Shown: positions 8,953-17,479 of the stretch, in pieces
Position numbering within the stretch: the stretch's first letter is position 1
Layout: each line of letters opens with the position of its first letter
Assembly (NCBI GenBank): GCA_965263205.1
Contig: CBDHHF010000016.1
Location: 1,878 to 65,877, forward strand
DNA length: 64,000 nt
Direction of reading: 5' to 3'
Source of the DNA: Rhodothermales bacterium
Lineage (GTDB): Bacteria; Bacteroidota; Rhodothermia; Rhodothermales; JAHQVL01
Made by a program: the position numbers and the translations under genes
The notes under the pieces: generated by a model
Told to the model about the DNA's origin: nothing
What the model saw: the letters and a program-made list of their open reading frames with translations, nothing else
Databases searched by the model: none

Positions 8953-9524
8953 AACTCAAGTAATGAGGGTTCGAAAGCTTCAATACGATGTTGTAAATGG
9001 GTTAATGCGCGCATAATGTGGTTATTCACAGTTCGCGGTGAAATCGCCATAATATCGGCAATTTCACGGTGGCTCAACCCTTGAAAACGGCTAAGTAAAA
9101 TCGCCTCCCGCTGTCGATCAGGCAATTCCTCTATCCACACCTTTAAACGTGTCGAGAGGGTACTCACATCAACCATTGCATCCGGCTGCTCCCGTTTGGG
9201 GATTTTACCAGATGACTGCTGCTTGATGATTTTGTGCTTTTCGTCATGGATCCGCTCATCTCGCAGATGTCGTATGGCGCGATTCTTTGCCATCTGATAG
9301 ATATATGCTTTTAATGAGCGGGAAGGGTCCAGCGATGTCCGGAGCCCCCATAGCGAAATAAATACATCCTGAATCAAATCGTGTGCAAGCGCTTCGTCTT
9401 TGACAATGCGGTGCACATAGCGAATCAGCTCTTCACGAAGCAACCGAAACAGATCCCCAAAAGCACTCCTGTCGGAGGCATTCAGGCGCTTGCAGTACTC
9501 TTCAAAAGAAGGGCTTGTACTCAT
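8949..9524 (-). CDS. ECF RNA polymerase sigma-70 factor
   Basis: Region 2 (DLIQDVFISLW..YIYQMAKNRAIRHLR) and region 4 HTH (LSHREIADIMAISPRTVNNHIMRAL). Confidence 0.9.
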   Translation of the reverse strand: MSTSPSFEEYCKRLNASDRSAFGDLFRLLREELIRYVHRIVKDEALAHDLIQDVFISLWGLRTSLDPSRSLKAYIYQMAKNRAIRHLRDERIHDEKHKIIKQQSSGKIPKREQPDAMVDVSTLSTRLKVWIEELPDRQREAILLSRFQGLSHREIADIMAISPRTVNNHIMRALTHLQHRIEAFEPSLLEL

Positions 9525-9641
9525 TGGGATGGACTAATTCCTTAGCTATTTAGTTGAATAGTACACAAGATAGCCGGCATGACTACAAGCCGGCAAGATA
9601 GGTTGGTATTTAATTGTCGTTACGGACGAAGAAGGGTTGTT

Positions 9642-9805
9642 GATTGCGGATTGTTGAATGCGGATTGTTGAATGCGGATTGTGGATCTGCATTAGGCTCG
9701 GCATCCTGAGCCATGCGAAGGATCCCTTCGGGGCTTGCAGCCCCTCGAATAATGAATATCGAGCAAGGAACCCCGAATGTCGAAGGAAAATTCAATCACT
9801 CCTCA
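9642..9805 (+). repeat. REP-like intergenic element, copy 1 (family shared with 37825-37996)
   Basis: Shares GATTGC(G/A)GATTGTTGA..CTGCATTA..CATCCTGAG(C/T)CA(T/C)GCGAAGGATC(C/T)CTTCGGGGCTTG..CGAATA..GAATATCGA..CGAAGGAAAA..GATCACTCCTCA with copy 2. It also contains a 14-bp internal tandem (GATTGTTGAATGCG x2). Confidence 0.8.
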
Positions 9806-9886
9806 ACTCCTCACTCCTCACTCCTCACTCCTCACTCCTCACTCCTCACTCCTCACTCCTCACTCCTCACTCCTCACTCCTCACTC
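9798..9886. repeat. Heptanucleotide microsatellite (ACTCCTC)n, about 12 units
   Basis: There are 11 perfect tandem ACTCCTC units at 9806-9882, plus one degenerate unit and one partial unit. The array abuts the stop codon (9885-9887) of the DUF5683-like gene. Confidence 0.95.
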
Positions 9887-10679
9887 AAAACCTCACTGTC
9901 AGCCTAACATTGTGCTGATGAGGCGTCGGCACGTAGTTCAGTCTTACGGGGGCGTTACCTGGCGTCGGATTTCTCAACAGCGCGTCGACGTAGCTGAACA
10001 CCCATATGCCAGCAGCTGCTACCGCCAGATTGTTGCGGGCTTTGTGCCAGGTGTCAAACGTATCATACCGATTGGCGATATCAGCGGGTGTTGTTGCGGC
10101 AAGGTAGTCGTCTTCTGCTTGCTGTCGCTGAAGATGAGCAACAAGAGCCGATACTGACGTTGCACCCCAGGCAGACATCAATAAAATTCCTTTCTTTCGC
10201 TCATTTTTATATAGTTGCCCCCAGCCGGGAAGAATCATCGATCGCATGACCGCCGCTGGTCTTCGATCTTCAACAATCAAATACCTTAACTCAGTCTCTG
10301 TAACACTTGTCGTGCGTTGCAACGCCTGCAATTCTTCCATGAATTCCATCACTTGGGGCGGCGTATCGCGGGGTGAGAGTTGCAGGGCCGGGTTAACCTG
10401 TAAGGCCAGCGCGAGTTGTTTGCGTGTGCCGGCCTGGTCATTTCTGGCAAACAGAATGAGCGCATACACCGTATGGATTTCGCCCAGTTCATTCGGTGAG
10501 AACCGCTCAAAAGAGGCTAGCGCTTCCTGAATGCGGGCTTCTGCAACCGAGAAGTCCAAATTCTCATACGCTCCCTTGATATCGCTGACCACGGCTTCAT
10601 TAGACTGCTGGGCGAGGCAGTTTGTGCTTATCCCACAAAACACAAGAACCAGGGCGATATGTAGCGCGCGGCGGAGCAT
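9885..10679 (-). CDS. DUF5683-like membrane protein with TPR-like N-terminal part
   Basis: Signal peptide. The motif ILPGWGQLYKNERKKGILL, followed by hydrophobic segments, is typical of the Bacteroidota DUF5683 family. It starts 3 nt after the Kelch gene. Confidence 0.6.
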   Translation of the reverse strand: MLRRALHIALVLVFCGISTNCLAQQSNEAVVSDIKGAYENLDFSVAEARIQEALASFERFSPNELGEIHTVYALILFARNDQAGTRKQLALALQVNPALQLSPRDTPPQVMEFMEELQALQRTTSVTETELRYLIVEDRRPAAVMRSMILPGWGQLYKNERKKGILLMSAWGATSVSALVAHLQRQQAEDDYLAATTPADIANRYDTFDTWHKARNNLAVAAAGIWVFSYVDALLRNPTPGNAPVRLNYVPTPHQHNVRLTVRF

Positions 10680-10682
10680 GGG

Positions 10683-12782
10683 TCAGCGCACAAGGGTCAA
10701 TAACTGGGTTTGTAGCCGGTCGTCGACGCGCATGACAACAAGGTAGCGCCCACTTGCAACCAGACGCTGTTGATTATCGCGGCCATCCCATATCACTTCA
10801 TGCTGGCCGGCCGGTAAGGGATGCGCCAGTAACGTTTTTATTTCCTGGCCCGACAGGTTATATATCGCAATGGACACTGTTAACGCCGTCCGTTCGAGGA
10901 CAAACGGGATCCTGGTCTTGCTGACGAACGGATTCGGGAAAGCCGGCGCAAGGTTGAACGCGCGTAGGGGCACCTCGTCTTCATTGCTTACCGGGCTGAC
11001 GCCGCCAAATGAAAACGTTGTAGACCAATCACTGGTGCCTACGGCATTAAATGCGCGGACTCGCCAGAAAAATTGGCCGCTTCCTGGTGAATCCAAATCA
11101 ATACCAGGTGTGACAAGCGTGGAGTCTACCAGGATTTCGGAGAAGGTATCTGTTCTTGCTAGCTGGAATCGATAAGATGCTGTCGTATCCCCGATCCAGG
11201 TAAATGTGATGGCCGGTGTATCGACTTCGGCATTGTTGGTTGGTGTCGTTAAAATGGGGATGGCAGGCAGTGACGCTGCAACCAACAGGTCAAACATCTG
11301 CGTGCTGGTATCCTGCCCATCGAAGAAGGATAGCGTGACAGGAATGATACCCACGTCTGCGAGGGCTGGGGTACCTGTAAGGGCCGCAGAGCCATCGCCG
11401 CGGTCTTGCAGGGTTAACCACGCCGGCAAAGAAGCTGCACTGATGACAATCGCATCTCCCTCCGCATCTGTCGCCTCGATCTCATAAACGTATGCCGTTT
11501 CAGCAAGGACACCTTCCACAGGCAGGGTTTGTACTTGCGGCGGATCGTTGACAGGGGTAATGGTTAGTTGCACGGTTGCGAGCGCCGATGCGCCGGCAGC
11601 GTTCTGAACGGTATAGGAAAACAGGTCGAGTCCGTTGTAATCTGCTTGTGGTACATAGCGGAAAGTCCGCGCATCGATTTGGGTGACAACACCGTTTTGC
11701 GGTTGGCTGAAGCCGGCAATGGTAAGTGGGGTGCCGGAAGGATCGATGTCATTGCCCAACACATCAACTGTAACCGCTGTGTCTTCGGGTGTGGTCGCTT
11801 CATCATTGGTGGCTGTAGGTGCTGCAATCACATCGAACGCTTCTATGCTCGCCAGCACCTCGCCTGATGCATTTACACCACCAAACACAAACAGCTGATT
11901 ATCTGCAAATACTGCCGCTGCGTTTTCACGGGCTTCAATCAACGAAGCGGCAAGCTCCCATCTATTCTCTTCCGGAATATACCGGTTGACCGTAGCGACC
12001 ACCTCGTTATTACTCATGCGCCCACCGATGACGTATGCAGCGCCATCAAGCGCAGCCGCAGTCAATCCGCCGCGAGCAGGCGCGAACGCAGCGCGTTCCA
12101 TAACGCCGTCGGTTGTATTAAATCGCTGTACAAGATTCAGCGGGCCAAAAGGACTAAAACCGCCAAAGGTAAAGGCTGAATCTGCAAGGGGTAACGCCGC
12201 AAAGGAGGCGCGTGCTACGCCAAGATCCCATGCGGGGAAGGGTACCCATTGATCCGCAGCTTCGTCGTAATATTCTACAGTGTTCAGGAATTGCGCATTT
12301 TCATTGGAGCCGCCGGCGGCATAGAGCGTGTTTTCGAGTACCAGCGCAGACAAACCCGCCCGGTTTGCTTGCAGACTTCCAATGGTATCCCAACGCTGCA
12401 AAACAGGATCATAAACTTCCACCGATTGCAACACGCTACTGTTGTTGCCCTGGCCGCCCATTACATAAATCTTGTCATTTAGTACAGCTGCTGATGCATT
12501 GAATCGAGCAATATCCATAGACGGAAGCGTTGTCCATGTATCATTTTCTGCATCATAGCGCTCTACAGTAGTAAGGGCCTGTCCATTTGCGTTTTGGCCA
12601 CCCAGCACGTACACCTGGTTCTCCAGCGCCACTGCCGTCACGCCCGAACGCGCGGTTGGCATTGGCGTACGGGATTGCCAGCTACGTGGATCATCAGCAT
12701 GGGCCATGCCGACGAACAGACTCGCCAGTAACAGGCACAGGAAGACACGTATGCGGGATGTTATGTGTTGATTAACAATCAC
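10683..12782 (-). CDS. Kelch-repeat / cadherin-like / Ig-like surface protein with T9SS C-terminal sorting domain
   Basis: About six Kelch units (..VYVLGGQNANGQAL..VERYD..W..). Cadherin-like segment (TNDEATTPEDTAVTVDVLGNDIDP..VNDPP). He_PIG-like segment (ASLPAWLTL..LTGTP). CTD FPNPFVSKTRIPF..IYNLSGQEI..GRYLVVM..LTLVR. Confidence 0.85.
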   Translation of the reverse strand: MIVNQHITSRIRVFLCLLLASLFVGMAHADDPRSWQSRTPMPTARSGVTAVALENQVYVLGGQNANGQALTTVERYDAENDTWTTLPSMDIARFNASAAVLNDKIYVMGGQGNNSSVLQSVEVYDPVLQRWDTIGSLQANRAGLSALVLENTLYAAGGSNENAQFLNTVEYYDEAADQWVPFPAWDLGVARASFAALPLADSAFTFGGFSPFGPLNLVQRFNTTDGVMERAAFAPARGGLTAAALDGAAYVIGGRMSNNEVVATVNRYIPEENRWELAASLIEARENAAAVFADNQLFVFGGVNASGEVLASIEAFDVIAAPTATNDEATTPEDTAVTVDVLGNDIDPSGTPLTIAGFSQPQNGVVTQIDARTFRYVPQADYNGLDLFSYTVQNAAGASALATVQLTITPVNDPPQVQTLPVEGVLAETAYVYEIEATDAEGDAIVISAASLPAWLTLQDRGDGSAALTGTPALADVGIIPVTLSFFDGQDTSTQMFDLLVAASLPAIPILTTPTNNAEVDTPAITFTWIGDTTASYRFQLARTDTFSEILVDSTLVTPGIDLDSPGSGQFFWRVRAFNAVGTSDWSTTFSFGGVSPVSNEDEVPLRAFNLAPAFPNPFVSKTRIPFVLERTALTVSIAIYNLSGQEIKTLLAHPLPAGQHEVIWDGRDNQQRLVASGRYLVVMRVDDRLQTQLLTLVR

Positions 12783-12839
12783 GCCTGTACAGAATATGGT
12801 CGCTTTTTGAAGCTCATATGGTGGATAAAGCCCTTTTTT

Positions 12840-12855
12840 GCAATGAATGTACCAT
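12840..12855 (-). promoter_or_regulatory. Candidate sigma54 -24/-12 promoter for the Kelch/T9SS-DUF5683 operon
   Basis: The minus strand reads TGGTACATTCATTGCA (GG-N10-GC, 15/16 to TGGCAC-N5-TTGCA). It starts 2 nt after the kinase stop, ends 57 nt upstream of the ATG at 12782, and has a sigma54 activator encoded 2 kb upstream. Confidence 0.55.
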
Positions 12856-12857
12856 GT

Positions 12858-14711
12858 TTATTTGTCTAGCAGCTCATGGAGGTTATAGGGTTGCCGGCGT
12901 TTTTCACCCGCAGCGACAATTAACGTACCCTGCCACTCACCGAGTTCACTGTTTTTGAGGACAATTGTGTGTGCCCCGGGTGCCAATAAAATCGTTTTGT
13001 TTGGCGGCAAGGTGCCGTAGTTGACCGAGTCAATCGATACCTCGGCCCACGGTAAAATCTCAAGGTCTACAGACGCCACAAAATCATTAAACGAGAGTCG
13101 AACCGTGTCGTGCTTGCTTGGGGCGATGGTAATTTCTTGTGTGTAAGCCGGGTAATGTGGATTCGAAAGCTCGAGGGTGTAGATACCTGCCGGCGCAGTG
13201 TGACTAACCGCCGGCGGCGCAGCGCCAACACGTTGGCCATCCAGTGCTACGTTGCACCAGGGGGTACACAACACCGTGAGGTTTCCCGGTTGAACAGCTT
13301 GGGGTGTTGCAATGTAGGCCAGGCTGTCGGCCAAACTGTCTGCCTCACCCTGCGCTGCTGCTCGCAGCAAAGCCGTTGAAACTGTATCTGTTTTTGAAGC
13401 TTGTTGTTCGGGCTGCGTTGGTGGTAGCGTAATGTTGGCGGCGGACGTTGGTGCTTCCGCCTCCGTGGTTGGCGTTGAGCGCAACGCTAGATTTTCCTGA
13501 GGCGATGTTTCATCGGCAGCGGCATCATCCTGCGGTATCGTAGTATCCGCAGTGCTGGCCTGTTCTATTGCACGGAATGGTTCGGTTGCTGTTGAGTTGG
13601 AGGATGATTGCGCCGGCTCGCCAAAATTCTGCAGCGCAAGCATGATCAGCAAGATCAGGGTTACACCACCAGCGATGCCAGCCCAGCGCATACTGCGCCT
13701 TCGCGTTGGCTCGACGGATGCCCTGTCTGCCGGCTGCGCAGCGGTTACGCTGTCCATACTGGCGGTACTTTGGGCGGGTGTCTCAACTGCTGCAGGCTGC
13801 GCCTGGATCACTGGTGCTTCATACTGTGTCGGGGCTGCAAGAAAGCGCTGTACTTCTTCTGTGCCGCGGTGGCCGTCGTACAACGATGCAACATCATCTA
13901 GCGCGCTCACTACCACATTCGCAGTATCAGGACGGTTGTTTGGCTCTTTGTCGAGTAATTCGCTGCATAGTGCTACGAGGTTATCCGGTATAGCGGGATC
14001 GCCGGTCAGTTCGGGGACCGGATCATAGTTGAGCAGGCTGTCGAACAGGGCACGACTGTCCGTGCCTCTGAAAGCAACGGTGCCTGTAAGCATTTCGATC
14101 AGTGTTGCGCCGAGGGCAAACAAGTCGCTTTGTACGGAGCCGGCAGCTTCGGTAAGGCATTCGGGTGCCAGATAGGCCGGCGTACCTGTAACAGCCGGAT
14201 GGCCCGTTGCGGTAGTTTCTTCTGTTGTATCAGCCTGCTTAAGCGTAGCCAGCCCAAAATCGGTCAGTTTCACCTGCCCATCGTTCGCAATAAGAACATT
14301 GGCAGGTTTAAGATCTCTGTGTAAAATATGCTGATTGTGCGCAGCATGCAGGCCCCGTGCGATATCTTGCGCAATGTGGATTGCAATAGGGGCAGGTAAT
14401 TTTCCGTGCGAATCGATCAGGCTACGCAACGATTGTCCTTCGATAAACGCCGTTGTGAGGTACACCTGTTGCTGATCTTCTCCAAACGAAAGGATTTGCA
14501 CAACATTGGGATGTTGTACTTTGGCCATGAGCCGTGCCTCCTGGGCAAACTGTTCAGCCAGGTCGTTGTTGTATCGCAACCGGTCGTGCAAGACTTTCAG
14601 CAGGACATACCGCTCCAGCGACGCATCGTAAGCCTTGTATACGTCGGCCCAGGTGCCTTCCTGGATTTTGAGGAACGGTGTGACGCCACCTATTGGTTTG
14701 TGATGCCCCAT
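12858..14711 (-). CDS. Hanks-type Ser/Thr protein kinase with TM segment and two C-terminal PEGA-like domains
   Basis: Catalytic motifs HRDLKPANVLI, DFGLA, GTPAYLAPE and the VAIK-type Lys (VLLKVL). TM segment GIAGGVTLILLIMLAL. The C-terminal beta domains (LTVLCTPWCNVALDGQRVG.., LEILPWAEVSIDSVNYG..) resemble PEGA. Confidence 0.85.
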   Translation of the reverse strand: MGHHKPIGGVTPFLKIQEGTWADVYKAYDASLERYVLLKVLHDRLRYNNDLAEQFAQEARLMAKVQHPNVVQILSFGEDQQQVYLTTAFIEGQSLRSLIDSHGKLPAPIAIHIAQDIARGLHAAHNQHILHRDLKPANVLIANDGQVKLTDFGLATLKQADTTEETTATGHPAVTGTPAYLAPECLTEAAGSVQSDLFALGATLIEMLTGTVAFRGTDSRALFDSLLNYDPVPELTGDPAIPDNLVALCSELLDKEPNNRPDTANVVVSALDDVASLYDGHRGTEEVQRFLAAPTQYEAPVIQAQPAAVETPAQSTASMDSVTAAQPADRASVEPTRRRSMRWAGIAGGVTLILLIMLALQNFGEPAQSSSNSTATEPFRAIEQASTADTTIPQDDAAADETSPQENLALRSTPTTEAEAPTSAANITLPPTQPEQQASKTDTVSTALLRAAAQGEADSLADSLAYIATPQAVQPGNLTVLCTPWCNVALDGQRVGAAPPAVSHTAPAGIYTLELSNPHYPAYTQEITIAPSKHDTVRLSFNDFVASVDLEILPWAEVSIDSVNYGTLPPNKTILLAPGAHTIVLKNSELGEWQGTLIVAAGEKRRQPYNLHELLDK

Positions 14712-16201
14712 TCCTTCAACCTGTAGTGTAACCAGCTTCGAGATACATCGAGGGTACGGGCCGTTTTGGATACGTTGTGCTCGCAGTCTTCGAGTGTTTG
14801 CAACACAACTTCTTTTTCGATGGCTTTGAGCGTTTTGCCTGCGTGTGTGGCGCGCTGGTACTTTTTGTCCAACGGTCCATCAACCACGGGCAAGCTTAAG
14901 TCCTTTGTATTGATGAGTGCTCCTGTAGCAAGCACAACAGCGCGCTCTATGCTGTTTTGCAACTCGCGCACGTTACCGGGCCAGTGGTAGGCTTTCAGGG
15001 CATCAAGCGCGGCGGGTTCAAATCCTTTTACGTATTCGCGCCGGCCCACCGCGTACTTATCCAGGAAGTGATGGGCAAGCAGCACAATGTCATCGTTGCG
15101 CTCGCGCAGGGGCGGGGTGATGAGTGTAATCGTATTGAGCCGGTAGTAAAGATCTTCCCGAAAGACATTTTCGCCAACCAAATCTGGCAGCAACTTATTC
15201 GACGCAGAAATGACGCGCACATCCACGTGCCGTACATGATTTTCACCGATGCGTTTTACTTCGCCTTCTTGTAATACACGCAGCAGAGCTGTTTGAATGG
15301 ATGGGCTTAAATCTGCCACTTCATCCAAAAAGAGGGTGCCGCCGTCTGCAGCTTCAAACAAACCAGGCTTGTCCGCTGAAGCGCCTGTAAATGCGCCTTT
15401 TTTGTAGCCGAACAGTTCACTCTCTAACAGCGTGTCGGGCAGGGAGCCGCAGAAGAGGGCGAGGAATGGTTTGTCTTTGCGATGTCCGTTGTAATGGATG
15501 GCACGTGCGACAAGTTCTTTGCCTGTCCCGCTTTCGCCCTGAAGTAAGACGGTGACATCTGTATCGAGTACCCGTTGGACAACATCAAACATGTCGCGCA
15601 TGGGCCGGCTCTGTCCAATAATTTCTTTGAAGCCGTGGATATGCTGAATCTCTTGCCGCAGGTGCCGGTTCTCGTCGCGCAGCGTTTGATAGAGGCGCAC
15701 ATTTTCGATAGCAACAGCTGCCAGGTTAGCAAAGGCCTCGAGAAATGGCAGGTTGTCTTGCTTGAAGCGACTCCGATCGGAGAGGCAGTCCATGTAGATG
15801 GCGCCAACCTGTCGGTCTTTCATGCGCAACGGCACACACGCAATGGAGCGGATATTCTGCAAGATGATGCTTTCAGCACTCCCAAAATGATCGTCTTCCA
15901 GGGCTTCGTGTAAGAGTACCGGCTCGCCTTGCTTCAGCACACGGTGGACAACACTGGTTGAGATTTTGACGACATCACCCAGTTGTTCGCTCGAGAAATT
16001 ATGCGATGCGCGCACTTCAAACCCTTCCTGGGCAGTGGTACTTGTAAGCAGCACGAAGCCGCGGTCGGCTTGCAGGGTATCGGTTGCGGTTTTGAGCACG
16101 TGATCGAGGAGTGCTTTGGGCTCCTGGATCGAGTTCAGCGTAAGCGCGATCTCAAAGAGTGCGTCGAGCGAATGGGATGATATGGATGTTTGCTCAGGCA
16201 T
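14690..16201 (-). CDS. Sigma54-dependent transcriptional activator (bEBP) with N-terminal GAF domain
   Basis: Domain order: GAF-like N-terminus, AAA+ Walker A GESGTGKE, the diagnostic GAFTGA loop, Walker B LFLDEV, and a C-terminal Fis-type HTH (NVSKTARTLDVSRSWLHYRL). Confidence 0.92.
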   Translation of the reverse strand: MPEQTSISSHSLDALFEIALTLNSIQEPKALLDHVLKTATDTLQADRGFVLLTSTTAQEGFEVRASHNFSSEQLGDVVKISTSVVHRVLKQGEPVLLHEALEDDHFGSAESIILQNIRSIACVPLRMKDRQVGAIYMDCLSDRSRFKQDNLPFLEAFANLAAVAIENVRLYQTLRDENRHLRQEIQHIHGFKEIIGQSRPMRDMFDVVQRVLDTDVTVLLQGESGTGKELVARAIHYNGHRKDKPFLALFCGSLPDTLLESELFGYKKGAFTGASADKPGLFEAADGGTLFLDEVADLSPSIQTALLRVLQEGEVKRIGENHVRHVDVRVISASNKLLPDLVGENVFREDLYYRLNTITLITPPLRERNDDIVLLAHHFLDKYAVGRREYVKGFEPAALDALKAYHWPGNVRELQNSIERAVVLATGALINTKDLSLPVVDGPLDKKYQRATHAGKTLKAIEKEVVLQTLEDCEHNVSKTARTLDVSRSWLHYRLKEWGITNQ

Positions 16202-16204
16202 GAT

Positions 16205-17197
16205 TTATGGAATTCGAAAGCCGGCTTCGCGGGATCTGCTTGTGTTGCCAAATTCATCTACAATAGATACGGTCCAGAAGTACTCGCCGGCTGCGAGGGT
16301 ATTGAGTTGAAACGATGTGCTGTCCGACGGAATATTCGGTATTGACCGCACCACGTTCTGGATATTGTTGTCGACCCGCACAACATCGACCTTGTAGGTA
16401 AAGGGGAAGCTAATGGCAGCAGCTTCCCAGGAGAGCGCGGGTGCCGTGGTATCCAACAACGATAAATCACGTGGGGATACGGCGAGCGGCGACGTCTCAA
16501 TGACTCGGAAGAGGGCTTGTTTATCCGATTGATTGATGCTATTGGTGCGATCGCGTGCGTAGAGAAAGATGTCGCGCCCCAGCAGTGCCGGCAAGGTCGT
16601 TGGCAGGCTGTCTCCCTGGATAAGCCGGCCAAATCTACCGGGTGTTGTTTGGGTAGACAGATCCACGCGGAAATCAAACGCAGGAATCTCAAGCCACACC
16701 TCTTCGATATCAGCAAGTCCGTCGCTGTCTGTAAGGTCGGCTTGAATATCCAGTCTGAACAATTCTTGCGGCGGTGGCCACCATCGACTGATGTGGACTG
16801 TGTTTATATCAATGTTGCTGAATGTTGGCAGGCCGGGTAGGGAAATGGCGACGGTGGAAAACTCGCCGGCGGTTACGTCAACCCGGGTTGTTTGGGTTGC
16901 ATATCCGGGAAGCGAGGCCGTTAAAGTGTAGGTGCCAGAGGCGAGGTCAGGAATAAAAACGGAACCACTGGCATCGGTCGGACCAGCAAAATTGCCAGGG
17001 TCTGTCTGCACAGTGACGCCTTCCAGCCCTGCTTGTGGGGCATAGAATGTTGTGACCTGCACGGTAAGGCCGCCTTCATCTTGAAAGTTTTCACCGCGTG
17101 GATCCAGTGGATTGTTGCGCGGCGCACCTTCAAAACAGCCAGACAGCGTGAGCAGGGCAGTCACGAGAAAAAGGCTATAGAATTTTAGTGCAGACAA
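16205..17197 (-). CDS. Lipoprotein with CarboxypepD_reg-like and Fn3-like domains
   Basis: Lipobox LTLSGC. CarboxypepD_reg-like stretch (GVTVQTDP..DASGSVFIPDLASGTYTLTAS). C-terminal Fn3-like module ending EYFWTVSIVDEFGN. TTG start. It ends 3 nt before the bEBP gene. Confidence 0.65.
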   Translation of the reverse strand: MSALKFYSLFLVTALLTLSGCFEGAPRNNPLDPRGENFQDEGGLTVQVTTFYAPQAGLEGVTVQTDPGNFAGPTDASGSVFIPDLASGTYTLTASLPGYATQTTRVDVTAGEFSTVAISLPGLPTFSNIDINTVHISRWWPPPQELFRLDIQADLTDSDGLADIEEVWLEIPAFDFRVDLSTQTTPGRFGRLIQGDSLPTTLPALLGRDIFLYARDRTNSINQSDKQALFRVIETSPLAVSPRDLSLLDTTAPALSWEAAAISFPFTYKVDVVRVDNNIQNVVRSIPNIPSDSTSFQLNTLAAGEYFWTVSIVDEFGNTSRSREAGFRIP

Positions 17198-17479
17198 AGT
17201 TTGTATAACGGAAATGTCGATAATATTTCGTTGCAGTGCCGGCGGTTCACGTTAACATGGGCTTACTACCTGTAGGGCAGTGGGCTATTGGATTTGATAC
17301 GCCTAATTTGCAAAGAAATAGACCTGATGTAGTTTATGCGTTTTATATCACGTACCTACACAAATTCGGTTCTTTTACCAAATAGTTTTGTGAATAATTT
17401 TGAGGAAATCGGCCTTTTTGCATGCATTTGGGGATATTTGTAATATTGATCCCAAAATTATCTGAACCAGTTTTGCACT

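Noticed and set aside
9798-9886. Possible CRISPR array. The same question applies to the 277-bp tandem at 42658-43210.
   Set aside because: The repeats are directly adjacent with no unique spacers. Unit sizes of 7 bp and 277 bp are outside the CRISPR range, and there are no cas genes in the window.
9610-10157. ORFs translating to ..SSLLTPHSSLLTPHSSLLTPH.. and ..ILSHAKDPFGACS...
   Set aside because: They are translations of the heptamer microsatellite and the REP-like element, and they overlap the 3' end of the DUF5683-like gene on the other strand.
17309-17325. AGGTCTATTTCTTTGCA on the minus strand, upstream of the lipoprotein/bEBP/kinase genes.
   Set aside because: The GG-to-GC spacing is 11 nt and the -24 T is missing, so it fails the sigma54 geometry.
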